Shown here one piece after another: positions 13,601-25,984 of a stretch of 64,000 nt of DNA. Below the pieces are notes generated by a model. It ran no database searches, was not told the origin of the DNA, and was given only the letters and a program-made list of their open reading frames with translations. Both the position numbers and the translations under genes were made by a program. The DNA is from Octopus sinensis (Eukaryota), in contig NC_043026.1 in the NCBI RefSeq assembly GCF_006345805.1, positions 1,984,001-2,048,000 on the forward strand. The letters run 5' to 3'. How positions within the stretch are numbered: position 1 is the stretch's first letter; each line of letters begins with the position of its first letter.

Positions 13601-16030
13601 CACACCACACACAAAGCACACACACACAAGCAAACACCAACACACTCACAAGCACACACACACAAGCACACACAACACACCAACAAACAACAAGCACACC
13701 ACACACAAAACACAAAACACACACAAAGCACACACACACAAGCACACACACACACACACTCACAAGCACACACTCACAAGCACACACACACAAGCACACA
13801 CACACACACTCACAAGCACACACACACAAGCACACACACACACACACACACAAGCACACACTCACAAGCCACACACACAAGCACAACCCACACACTCACA
13901 AGCACACACACACAAGCACACACACAACACACACAACACACACACCCCACACAAGCACACAACACACACTCACAAGCAACACACACAAGCACACACACAC
14001 ACACTCACAAGCACACACACACAAGCACACACACACACAACGCACACCAACACACACACAGCACAAGCACACCACCACAAGCACACACACACACACTCAC
14101 AAGCCACACACACCAGCCACCCACACACTCACAAGCACACACACACAAGCACACACACACACAACTCACAAGCACACACAAGACACACCACACAAGCACA
14201 CACACACACACTCACCCCAAGCACACCACACACACTCACAAGCACACACACACACATCACAAGCACACACACACAAGCACACACACCACACACACACAAG
14301 CACACACACACACACTCACAAGCACACACACCACACACAAGCACACACACACAACACTCACAAGCAACACACACACACACTCACAAGCACCACACACACA
14401 CACCACAAGCACACACTCACAAGCACACACACACACACTCACAAGCACCACACACACACTCACAAGCAACACACACACACAACACACAACACACACTCAC
14501 AAGCACAACACCCAATCACACCAACACACTCACAAGCACACACACACAAGCACACCACACACACACACAAGCACACACCACACACAACTCACAAGCACAC
14601 ACACACACCTCACAGCACACCACACCACACACTCACAAGCACACACAACCACACACACAAGCACACCACACACAGCACACACACACACACTCACAAGACA
14701 AACACACACACCACACTCACAAGCACACACACACACACTCACAAGCACACACACACTCACAAGCACACACACACACAAGCACACACACACACATCACAAG
14801 CACACACACACACACTCACAAGCACACACACACAAGCACACACAACACACACACAAGCACCCCCACACCACTCACAAGCACACACACACACACTCACAAG
14901 CACACACACACCACACTCACAAGCACCACACACACTCACAAGCACACACACACAAGCACACACACACACATCACAAGCCACACACACACACACTCACAAG
15001 CACCAACACAAAGCACACCACACACACACACAAGCACACACACACACACTCACAAGCACACACACCACACTCACAAGCACACACACACACACTCACAAGC
15101 ACACCACAACACAAGCACACACACAACACTCACAAGCACACACACACACACTCACAAGCACACAACACACAAGCACACAACACACACCTCCACAGCACAC
15201 ACACACACACTCACAAGCACACACACACACACTCACAAGCACACACACACACACTCACAAGCACACACACACCAGCACACACACACACACACACAAGCAC
15301 ACCCACACACTCAAGCACACACACACCACACTCACAAGCACACACACCACACACACACAAGCACACACTCACAAGCACACACACACACACTCAAGCACAC
15401 ACACACACACTCACAAGCACACACAAGAACAAACACAACAAGCACACACACACACTCACAAGCACACACACACAATCACACACACACACACAAACAAAGC
15501 ACACACAACACACACTCACAAGAACACAACACACAAGCACACACACACAAGCACACACACACAAGCACACACACACACACACAGCCACACACACACACAC
15601 TCACAAGCACACACCACACAGCACACACACACAACACACAAGCAACACACAACACACTCACAAGCACACACCCACAAGACACACACACAAGCACACACAC
15701 ACAAGCACACACACACCCACACACACAGCACACAACACAGCACACTCACCAGCACACACACCCAAGCACAACACACACACAGCACAAGCACACACACACA
15801 AGCACACACACACACACTCACAAGCACACACACCACAAGCACACACACAACAAACACACAAGCCACCACACACAAGCACACACACACACACCTCACACAC
15901 ACACACTCACAAGCACACACACTCACAGCACACACACACACAGCACCACAAACACACACACACACAAGCACACACACACACACTCACAAGCACACACACA
16001 CACACTCACAGGCACACACACACACATGCC
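10606..16030. repeat. 5.4-kb CA-rich satellite with variable units around CACACACACTCACAAG / CACACACAAG
   Basis: Directly visible tandem array; the + strand almost lacks stop codons, giving a spurious 1827-aa ORF. Confidence 0.97.
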
Positions 16031-17613
16031 TACATACATACATACAAACATTTTTGCATTTACGCACAGACGCATGAAATCACATTCTTGACATTATGAA
16101 GGTTCTCTTCCTGATAAAGGGGACATTGTCCGCATGGTTTGCAAGATATTTTACAAATTTTTGTACCAGGACATGAACTCTCGAAACAGCCTTAGAAAGT
16201 GGACTTCCTTGAACTGTATATATCTCTTTTACTCTTTTACTTGTTTCAGTCATTTGACTGCGGCCATGCTGGAGCACCGCCTTTAGTCGAGCAAATCGAC
16301 CCCGGGACTTATTCTTTGTAAGCCCAGTACTTATTCTATACAACCCTTTTGCCGAACCGCTAAGTGACGGGGACGTAAACACACCAGCATCGGTTGTCAA
16401 GCAATGCTAGGGGGACAAACACACACACATACATATATATATACATATATACGACAGGCTTCTTTCAGTTTCTGTCTACCAAATCCACTCACAAAGCTTT
16501 GGTCGGCCCGGGGCTATAGCAGAAGACACTTGCTCAAGATGCCACGCAGTGGGACTGAACCCGGAACCATGTGGTTGGTTAGCAAGCTACTTACCACATT
16601 TTTAATAAAATGCATCGATCTCTATGGATCTTTTAATTGAAACTCTTAACTGCTCTTAATTTTAGTACAAAATATTTTAATCAGTTCTCTTTTTTCACAC
16701 TTCCTTTCATATGCATCCCACATTGGTTTTATTTACATGTATTTTTATGTATATTTATATTTATATTTTATAAATATTTTTAAAAATATTTATATGTGCC
16801 AATATGTATTAATATATGTATGTGCATTTTAAGTTGAATTTATAACTGTATGGGTATGATTCCCTAATTTGAGTTTATAGCTTAATTCTTGTCTTTTGTC
16901 TGGGGTTCAACCTGAACAGTTCTATATTTTTCGTGAAAAAGAACAATATATATATATATATCAATCAATATAAGGGTAACAAAAAATTCAAGAAAAATTT
17001 TCTGCCACCAGCGGTCAAGTGAGAAAATAGAAATAGTCACAGACTATATGATACATTCAACAAAATATTAAGGAATGACCCTGAGAAGGTCGTTCGACTC
17101 ACTTGAAAAGAGCAGCTAAAACTCAAAACCGCAAAAAATAGTAATTCTGAAACTAGAGGAAAATAAAAAACATTTATCCCCTTAAACTTTGTACCCTGCA
17201 AGGTTTCAACATCTTCAAGCAATCAAATTTAATTAAATTAAATTAAATCCGTTTACGCTTGGCTTCTCTCGTCAGCAAAGTCACCAAAATAGGAGGCAGA
17301 TATATATACACGAGGCTACACCATCTGAGCCTCGGGTCTATCTATCGTAAATTTTCGAATTCACCGTAATTGCACCATCTACTCCGCAGCAAATATAATT
17401 TATATAATTTAAATAAGCGGATTTAATTTAATTTAATTAAATTTGATTGCGTGAAGATGTTGAAACCTTGCAGGGTACAAAGTTTGAAGGGGATAAATGT
17501 TTTTTATTTTCCTCTAGTTTCAGAATTACTACTATTTTTTGCGGTTTTGAGTTTTAGCTGCTCTTTTCAAGTGAGTCGAACGACCTTCTCAGGGTCATTC
17601 CTTAATATTTTGT

Positions 17614-17649
<36 letters not shown>

Positions 17650-18939
17650 CGAGGGGCGTTCAATAAGTAATGCCCCTGACCCACTTCCCATAGCAGTAGA
17701 GCAACGAAACTTGGCACAGTTATTAGTCTTTTTCTACATAGGAACCACCCAGAGTTACGCATTTCTCCCATTGTTTGATGCAGCTCTGGAGACCGTTTTT
17801 GTAGAAGACCCCAGCTTGGTCCTCCAACCTCAATGTGACTTCAGAAATCAAGGCTGCATCATCTGGGAAACGCTTTCCTTTCAAAAACAACTTCATGACT
17901 GGGAAGAGGTGAAAATCAGAGGGTGCAAGGTCAGGAAAGTAGGGGGATTGGGGAGGAGTTCATAGCCATACGCCTGTGCTTCTGATCTGGCGACACGCGA
18001 GTTGTGGACCGGAGCGTTGTCCTGCAGGAGGAGGATGTCTTTGCTGATCTTGCCCCGCCTCTTGATTTTGATAACTTCTCTTAATTTCCTCAAAAGTGAA
18101 GCATAATAGGCTCCTGTAATTGTGGTACCCTTTGCCAGGAAATCTGTCATCACTACTCCGTCCTGGTCCCAGAAGACTGTGAGCATGACCTTGCCAGCGG
18201 AGGACTGCACCCTTGCCTTCTTTGGAGGGGGTGAGTCACAGTGCTTACGCTGCATTGACTGGGCTTTGGTCTCTGGATCATCGTGATGGACCCAGGTTTC
18301 ATCCTGTGTAATCAGTCTTTTGAAAAATTTTGACTCATCTTCTTGGTACATCTCCAAATTCACCCTCAAGCACTCGATGCGTTCTTGCTTCTGGAAAGGC
18401 GTGAGCAACCTGGGAATCCATCTGGCAGACACCTTTTGCATATGCAAATGGTCATGAATGATAGTTTCCACAGACCTGGTACTAATCTTGACCTCATGGG
18501 CTATTTGGCGAATAATTATGCGTCGATCTTCCAAAATGGCAGTCTCAACTTGACAGACAGATGCCTCATCAATGGCAGAAGGGGCGACCAGATCTGGGAG
18601 CTGTTTCCACAGAGTTCCGACCATGTTTGAATTCACGATGCCAGCGTTTTACAAGGTCATATGATGGGGCATCATCACCATAAGTTACTTTCATTTCATC
18701 AAAAGTCTCCCGTGGTGTGCGTCCTTTCAAATACAAAAACCGGATCACTGCTCGACACCCAACAGGCTCCATTTCACACTTGACTCGGTTCAAACACCTG
18801 TAAATCAGAAACCACAATTAATTCAGAGCTGTAATTTGCCATTTACTCTATAGAGATATACATGATTGCACATGCAAAATTTCAGCTAGATCCAACAAAT
18901 GCAAGTGGGTCAGAGACATTACTTATTGAACGTCCCTCG
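17650..18939 (-). mobile_element. Full-length mariner (DD34D) with 37-bp TIRs and TA target duplication
   Basis: TIR CGAGGG(G/A)CGTTCAATAAGTAATG(C/T)C(C/T)CTGACCCACTT at both ends. Transposase 18772-17723 with TQDETW, QDNAP and PDLAPSDF; two compensating 1-nt frameshifts. Confidence 0.95.
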
Positions 18940-19749
18940 TATATACACACACACAAAGTACATGCATATATATATATATATATATTGTGTAAAAGATCGT
19001 GGGTAAGGCCAAGCAATGCGAAGTAAATGCAAGGTAAATCACAAGAAAACAAATACGTGAATTAATGTTGACTTACAGTGTATCCAATATTTCGGGGTTA
19101 TGAGTCCATCCTCAAGAAATTGACGAATTGCCGATGTACATGTGTGTGTGCACATTGACAACATTCATCAATTTCTTGAAGATGGACTCATAACCCCGAA
19201 ATATTGGATACAATGTAAGTCAACATTAATTCACGTATTTGTGTTCTTGTGATTTACCTTGCATTTACTTCGCATTGTTTTGGCCTTACCCACAATCCTT
19301 TATACTATATATTCTACACAATGCTTCACAGTAATTATTCCATTATATATATATGTATATACACACACATACATACATGCATATACACACACACATATAT
19401 ATACATACATACACTCGCGGAGTGGTTGGCGTTAGGAAGGGCATCCAGCCGTAGAAACTCTGCCAGATCAGACTGGAGCCTGGAGCAGCCCCTGGTTTCC
19501 TAGACCCCAGTCGAACCGTCCAACCCGTGCTAGCGCGGAAAACGGACGTTAAACGATGATGATGATGATGATACATACATACATACATACATGTGTGTGT
19601 GTGTGTGCATACATATGTATACATATATATGAATGGATGGATGGATGGTGCTTACACCAGCTGGAGAACTACTATTGCTTATGTTATGTCCTTTTACATA
19701 CCATAAATTAACTTCCCTATGGCTGTTTTCTCGTTCCGTATCCCTGCAG

Positions 19750-19865
19750 CTGGTCTGGGCCAAAACAACCCATGTAGGATGCTCCATCCATTTGTGTGAC
19801 AATTTTGGGACTTCTAAACGTTTTACAAGAAATTACATGTTCTTCGTCTGCTTCTACTCTCCTCG
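19750..19865 (+). CDS. CAP/SCP gene, exon B
   Basis: Acceptor ccctgcAG, donor GTaagt, phase 0-2. Encodes LVWAKTTHVGCSIHLCDNFGTSKRFTRNYMFFVCFYSP(R). Completes CAP1 (HYTQLVWAKT) and begins CAP2 (FFVCFYSPRGN). Confidence 0.93.
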
Positions 19866-19978
19866 GTAAGTGAAACATTCTTTATCTATCTGTGTCTCAG
19901 TTTATCTAGTTGTCCCTGTCTGTCCATCTGTCCATCTATCTATCTATCTATCTGCCTGTCTGTCTGTCTGTCTGTCTC

Positions 19979-20018
<40 letters not shown>

Positions 20019-21278
20019 ATATATATATATATATATTATATGCACATATATATATATATATGCACACACACACACACACATATATTAAAATTTTTCGAAA
20101 AAAATTTTATCAATGGCCAGCATATTAAAAAATACCTTTAACAGTTAAATTTATAAACAACTTATAAACAAGGGCAAAAGAAAAAAATATATATATATGT
20201 GTGTGTGTGTGTGTGAACATATATATATATATATCATATCTATAAAAGGGAGGATGTGTGTGTGTGTGATTGTAATGTATGCACATCCACAAATTAGCAC
20301 GCATGTCGCTCAAATTTTAGGAGGACATTTGTCAACATCCTATCTGGGTTTTATCAACTTATTTTTTTCCCAAGGCACCCGCGGATAGGGTAAAAATCTA
20401 TTTTCAACCATTTTCAACCATAGCTTTTAACCATAACAAATATCAGCCATTGCTTTTTGATGGCATCTAACAAAAAAAAAATAAGATAAAGAAAAGTGGA
20501 AGAAGGAAGCAGAGAGTTTCACCAGAAAGACAAAGTGAGAGAGGGAGAGAGAGAGAGAGTAAGTTATGACGTTCATAAAAAATAAAATATAAAATGTATT
20601 GTTTTTGAAAGACACTATATTTTATAATCATAGTATATATACTTTCGCACACAACAATTGCAATATATTTATTTTAAATCATTTATTAATTTTAAATCGT
20701 TCATCTTCTCCCCCCCCCCTCTCTCTCTCACACACATTACTTTGGGTGCGAAAGAGTTTTGTTTTTATTTTACACCAAGTAAAAAGGGGTTTTGTTGACA
20801 ATTCATTTATTTAACAACAAAGAAACAAAGAGGTGAGTAACAATTTGTCAGTGACTTACACAATATAAATGGGTGCAATTTGCGAGGCTTCCACCACACC
20901 CCATTCTGTTTCACGGACCACAAAAAGGGTTTTGAGGCCAGAGTAGTTGATTCCATCCCCCAAAAAGTGTTAATCTACAAATTTAACAACGTTTTTTTCA
21001 ATTCATTTCTGTTTATGAACATGTATGCGTGCACAAAACATGCAATAGGTGTACGTACGTACGTGTGTGTACGTGTGTTCGTGTCTGTTGCCCATATATA
21101 TTTATATTATGTTATATATATATATATATAATATATATAATATATATATAATATAACTAATTTCAACGGATTTCGCCCAAATTTGACGTCTATATTACTT
21201 AGTTTGGTTTGAAATAAAGAACTTGATTAGCTTAATAATCGTAACTTAATCCCGAGCAAGGCCAGGTTATACTGCTAG

Positions 21279-21311
<33 letters not shown>

Positions 21312-21877
21312 TATATATAATATATATATATATATATTAGATTTCGAATTACATGATAGGGTTTTATCAAACTACTTCATTCTGTGAGTTTTGTCTTGCA
21401 GCTTGCCGCTTCGCAGTCCCTGAACATCTCTTGAGGTTGGTGATTTTGTGTGGCTATTCAAGTTATATTTCTTAGCTCCTATTTCTAGCAATTGCACGTG
21501 CTATTTTGCACCCTTATTTATGTTCTTTAATTGCTGAAGCCATCAGGTATTTATAAGGTATTTAATATATCATAATATATTCATTCATTGTTATAATATC
21601 TTATTGCACTTATATACACTCACACTTGCACGTGAAGGGTTGCTGAAGAGTTCCTGGCTTTGAGTAAAAGAAAAAACTGGGAAATCAGTTAATTATGGTT
21701 TTATTCAACATATTCCTCTCTCAGATTCACACACTTTTTGCATCAATTCTTCAGTTTTTTTGTAAAAGAACTCAGAAGTTTGTGCATCCAAGCAGGCCCT
21801 TCATGACACCCTTAAAGCCACCCCACTCATGTATATATACATGGAAGTATGTTTCCCTCCTTGTTTCTTTTATGTTC

Positions 21878-21913
21878 CTTTCTGTAGAAGAGCATAGGCT
21901 CGAAACGTAAAAG
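21878..21913 (+). ncRNA. Minimal hammerhead-like fold with U at core position 6
   Basis: CUUU-CUGUAGA-A-GAGC-AUAG-GCUC-GAAA-CGUA-AAAG; more decayed relatives near 7635-7675 and 62235-62275. Confidence 0.5.
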
Positions 21914-22659
21914 ACTTTTTCAATTCCCGAGTGTTATACTAATACATCTGTTTGTTTTGTACACCACCTGTCTTCGTCTTTTGTTTTTTATGTAAACTCT
22001 CCCTATACATGTAAGTATGTATATACCCAATGTTCTACATCATCTTCTCATCCTTCTTCCACGATCTTTCTGACCCCACCCTTTTTTCTCTCACAGTGAC
22101 TTTGTTTCTTTACTTTCCTACTCTTTTCTTAGGATATTTTTCTTCATCTACAGATTTTCATCCCAATGATAACTTTTAATTATGATTTTGATTTTAGATT
22201 TAATTCTAATATTTCTTATATTCTGCTCAATTTACTTGCAAGTTCTTATGTTTGATATCGTGTGATCACATGACCGACCAGGCTATCAGATGTTGCTACA
22301 CATCGCTGGTCACAATGCGCTTTGCATTGTTTTAGCCTTCAAATGATGCCACCCTGCTGGTTAAGCGAGCAGGCCAAGAAAAGAAGGAATGAGAGAAAGT
22401 TGCGCCGAAAGTGTACAGCAGGGATTGCCACCACCCCCTGTCGGAGCCTCATGGAGCTTTTAGGTGTTTTCGCTCAATAAACACTCACAATGCTCGGTCT
22501 GGGAATCGAAACCGCGATCCTACGACCGCGAGTCCGCTGCCCTAACCACTGGACCATTGTGCCTCCACCTTGATATAATCTCTCTTAATCTGTTAATTTT
22601 TCACCTGCTTCTACAGCCTATCTTTTATATAAAGTTTTTTGATTCAACTACTGCTTACA

Positions 22660-23861
22660 CAGGGGTTTGATAAAATAATGGAAACACATAGCATCATAGC
22701 ATCACAATTTTGAAATATCTATAAAACCATCAAAAGCTTGTTTATTTCTATGTTTTTTGCTTAGTATGTTTTGCTAAAATTGCTGTTACTTTTCAGATAT
22801 CATCAGAAAAAGGTAATTAAAATTCATTAAAATGACAGATCTATCAGACTTTCAAAGAGGTCAAATTGTTGGTGTTTGTATGGCAGGCGCCAGTGTAACG
22901 AAAACAGCCTAAATATTTGGTGCATCAAGAAGTACTGTCTCGAAAGTAATGACAGCCTTTGAGAAAGAGGGAAGAACCTCCTCATTGAAACAAAACTCCG
23001 GGAAAAAACCAAAACTTTCAGATAGACTCTTATGCGAATAGTTAGAAAGTATCACAAAAGTAGAGCTCCCAAAATTACTGCAGAGCTTAATGACCACCTC
23101 GAGAACCCAGTTTTCACAAAAACTGATCGCTGGAATTCACGGGAGGGCTACAATCAGGAAACCACTACTTTCAGAAACAAACGTTGCAAAGCGTTTAGAG
23201 TGGAATAAAAACCTATAGAATTGCTCCCTAAAGCAGTGGGAAAATGTTATTTTCTCAGACGAGCCATCCTTTACCCTATTTCTGACCACCAGCCGAGTAT
23301 ACGTGTGGAGACAGCCAAAAGAAGTATTTGACCCAGACTGCCTTCTTCCAACTGTTAAACATGGAGGAGGATCTGTGATGATCTGGTGGGGTGCTATATC
23401 TAGGAAATCTGCCGGTCCAGTGGTTTCCCTTCATGGCAGAATTAAGAGTCAAGACTATTTAAGCATTTTATCTGATCAAATTCATTCTATGATTGCAGAA
23501 CTTTTTTCCAGAAGGAAACGCAATCTTTCAGGATAATAATGCACCAATTCACACAGCTAAAATTATTACTGAATGGCATGAGGAACATTCTAGTGAAGTT
23601 GAGCATCTTATCTGGCCACCACAGACCCCAGATCTCAATATTATTGAACATTGTATGGTGCATTTTAGAAAAACACTACAAGAACTGGAGACTGTTTTAG
23701 CTGAAGAAGGGACAAAAATTCCTTTGAAACAATACAAACTTTGTACAAGCCCATACCTCATAGAATTCAAGATGTAATTACTGCCAAAGGCGGTCCTACC
23801 CCTTATTAAAATAAATTTGTTTGAAATTTAAAAGTGTTTCCATTATTTTGTCCAACCCCTG
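22660..23861 (+). mobile_element. Tc1-like transposon, 1202 bp, apparent DD36E spacing, defective
   Basis: TIR CAGGGGTT(T/G)GA(T/C)AAAATAATGGAAACAC at both ends; FSDE, VKHGGGSVMIW, FQDNNAPIH...WPPQTPDLNIIE; frameshifts. Confidence 0.9.
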
Positions 23862-23894
<33 letters not shown>

Positions 23895-23951
23895 TATATA
23901 TATATACATACATATATATATATATACATATAATATATATATATTATATAT

Positions 23952-24053
<102 letters not shown>

Positions 24054-24057
24054 ATAT

Positions 24058-24182
<125 letters not shown>

Positions 24183-24799
24183 CCCCTATGTTGAATCCCT
24201 ATTTACATCACACTGTACACTGCTATTTTAAAAATTGCCGCCCAATTAGCTTTTAATACCTATTCGTAGAATTGACATGCATTAAAGCATGCTCACAACT
24301 TATAAAAGAAATTGTGTTACATGTCAGCATTATTACAACTGTCTGAGTAACAAAACTGAGTAACACATTGTGAAGTCTTTTCCTCTTTAATAAAATAATG
24401 TAGTATATTACTCTACCTTTGGTATTCAAGTACTATTTCTTGCCTCTTTGTCTTGCACCTCTGTGCTTATTTGTGCGTATGTATGTATATATCCAAACAC
24501 AGGTAAGCACAAGTACAAAACAAGGTGGAAAAAATAGTACTCAAATACCAAAGGTAGAGTAATATGCTTTTATTAAAGCTGCAAAATTGTTATGAAAACT
24601 CAGAGTTTTACATTCTCGTTCGTCAGACAGTTTTAATAACAGTTGTGTTTTCATCGCAACTGTCCAATGAACAAGAACATGAAGCTCTGAGTGACAGTTT
24701 TTGTGACAATTTTGCAGCTTTAATAAATAAGTAAATAATTATAAGTCTATATAATGCACTGATCCCACTTTGTGAGTAATTTTCTGGATTGTTACATGA

Positions 24800-25260
24800 T
24801 GGTCTTCCATGATTATTCACTGGGCCTTCTCAATCAGCTCATTGTTTCAGTTTGCAGACAGCCTGCCTGAGCATGCCTTGCTCTCTACTGAAGGGCAGCC
24901 ATATTTGAAGCAGTTGCGTCATTCCTTGATCCGAGTTTTCCCCATCATCACCAAAGGCCTGCTCAATTTTCCTCATGGTTTGAGCTTGTGTTTTGGCAAA
25001 ACCTGAAGCAAAAATCTCTGCTTGATGCATTCGGTCTTCTTGTGTGAAAATGAAAATCCGAGCATGCCCTACACGTCTGTACCGTAGATGTAACAGCCAT
25101 AAACTGATGCAGCCTACTGATGCGAAAATGTTCATGCACGTGCAGGAAGGACCTTAGCACCACCATAAAGTCGTTTGGTTTGCCCTACCCTTTTCTCACA
25201 GCATCAAGACTTGCATGAGAAGAATATTCCTTAGATTAGTGGAAAAATCACTTCAAGCAT
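24800..25260 (-). mobile_element. Mariner N-terminal fragment
   Basis: KTQAQTMRKIEQAFGDD helix-turn-helix-like segment. Confidence 0.6.
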
Positions 25261-25980
25261 TTGTTTAATAGGCACAACCTAAGGCTCTCTGTCAGTTATG
25301 CACCCATCATCATCCAGTGTTTTAAATCTGGGTTTTTTACCGGGGACAGCCAGATTTACTTCAATACCATAGCAACCACCCTCACACCATCTCGCCGTCT
25401 TGCCTTGTTTTGGGTCTCCTCCCTCCTCAAGTCAATCCTCCCAATCTCCTCCTTCACCTCTTCCCTCCATCTTTTCTTCAGTCTACCTCACTTTCTCAAT
25501 CCATTTACCTCACACACCCTCCTCAGAACATGCTCCGCATCCCTTCTCAACACAGGCCCATACCACTGAACTCCATTCGCCCTTGCTTCACCCCACACAT
25601 TTCTCTCACCATTGCTCTCTCCGTCCTCCTCAAAATTGCCTTCTCTCTCTCCCTCAGACACCATTACTCACTCCCATACAGTATTGCAGCTCTCACACAA
25701 CTCCTATAGACCCTTCCTTTCATCTTCAATGAGAACCTTTTCCCACATAACAACTCTCCACATTCCCTGAACTCCACCCAGCCAAGTCTCACCCTTGCTC
25801 CCCATCCACCCAATCTCCCCAATAACAAAACCCTCTCACCGTTTCTACCTCATCCCATAGCATGTCCACTGATTCTGCCAGCTCTCCAGCCCCTTTCTCA
25901 TATCTCCCACAAACTCTCTTGCTAGTCTTGGGGGTCACCTTCTTCCTTTTCATTGAAAATATATTAGTGAGCACCTTGAA
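25260..25980 (-). mobile_element. RTE-clade LINE fragment (post-RT region)
   Basis: Decayed VRGFCYWGD, GRLYRSCVRAAILYGSE, LRRTERAMVREMCGV motifs. Confidence 0.7.
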
Positions 25981-25984
25981 ACCT

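Noticed and set aside
10594-16077. 1827-aa His/Thr-rich ORF and overlapping Cys/Val ORFs
   Set aside because: Translation of a CA-rich satellite that lacks stop codons by composition; no domain, and it lies in an intron of the CAP gene.
16105-16200. Hammerhead-like motif CUGAUAA...CUCUCGAAACAGC
   Set aside because: Core G8 and the cleavage triplet are lost; at most a dead relic. The same applies to motifs near 9680-9745 and 58889-58935.
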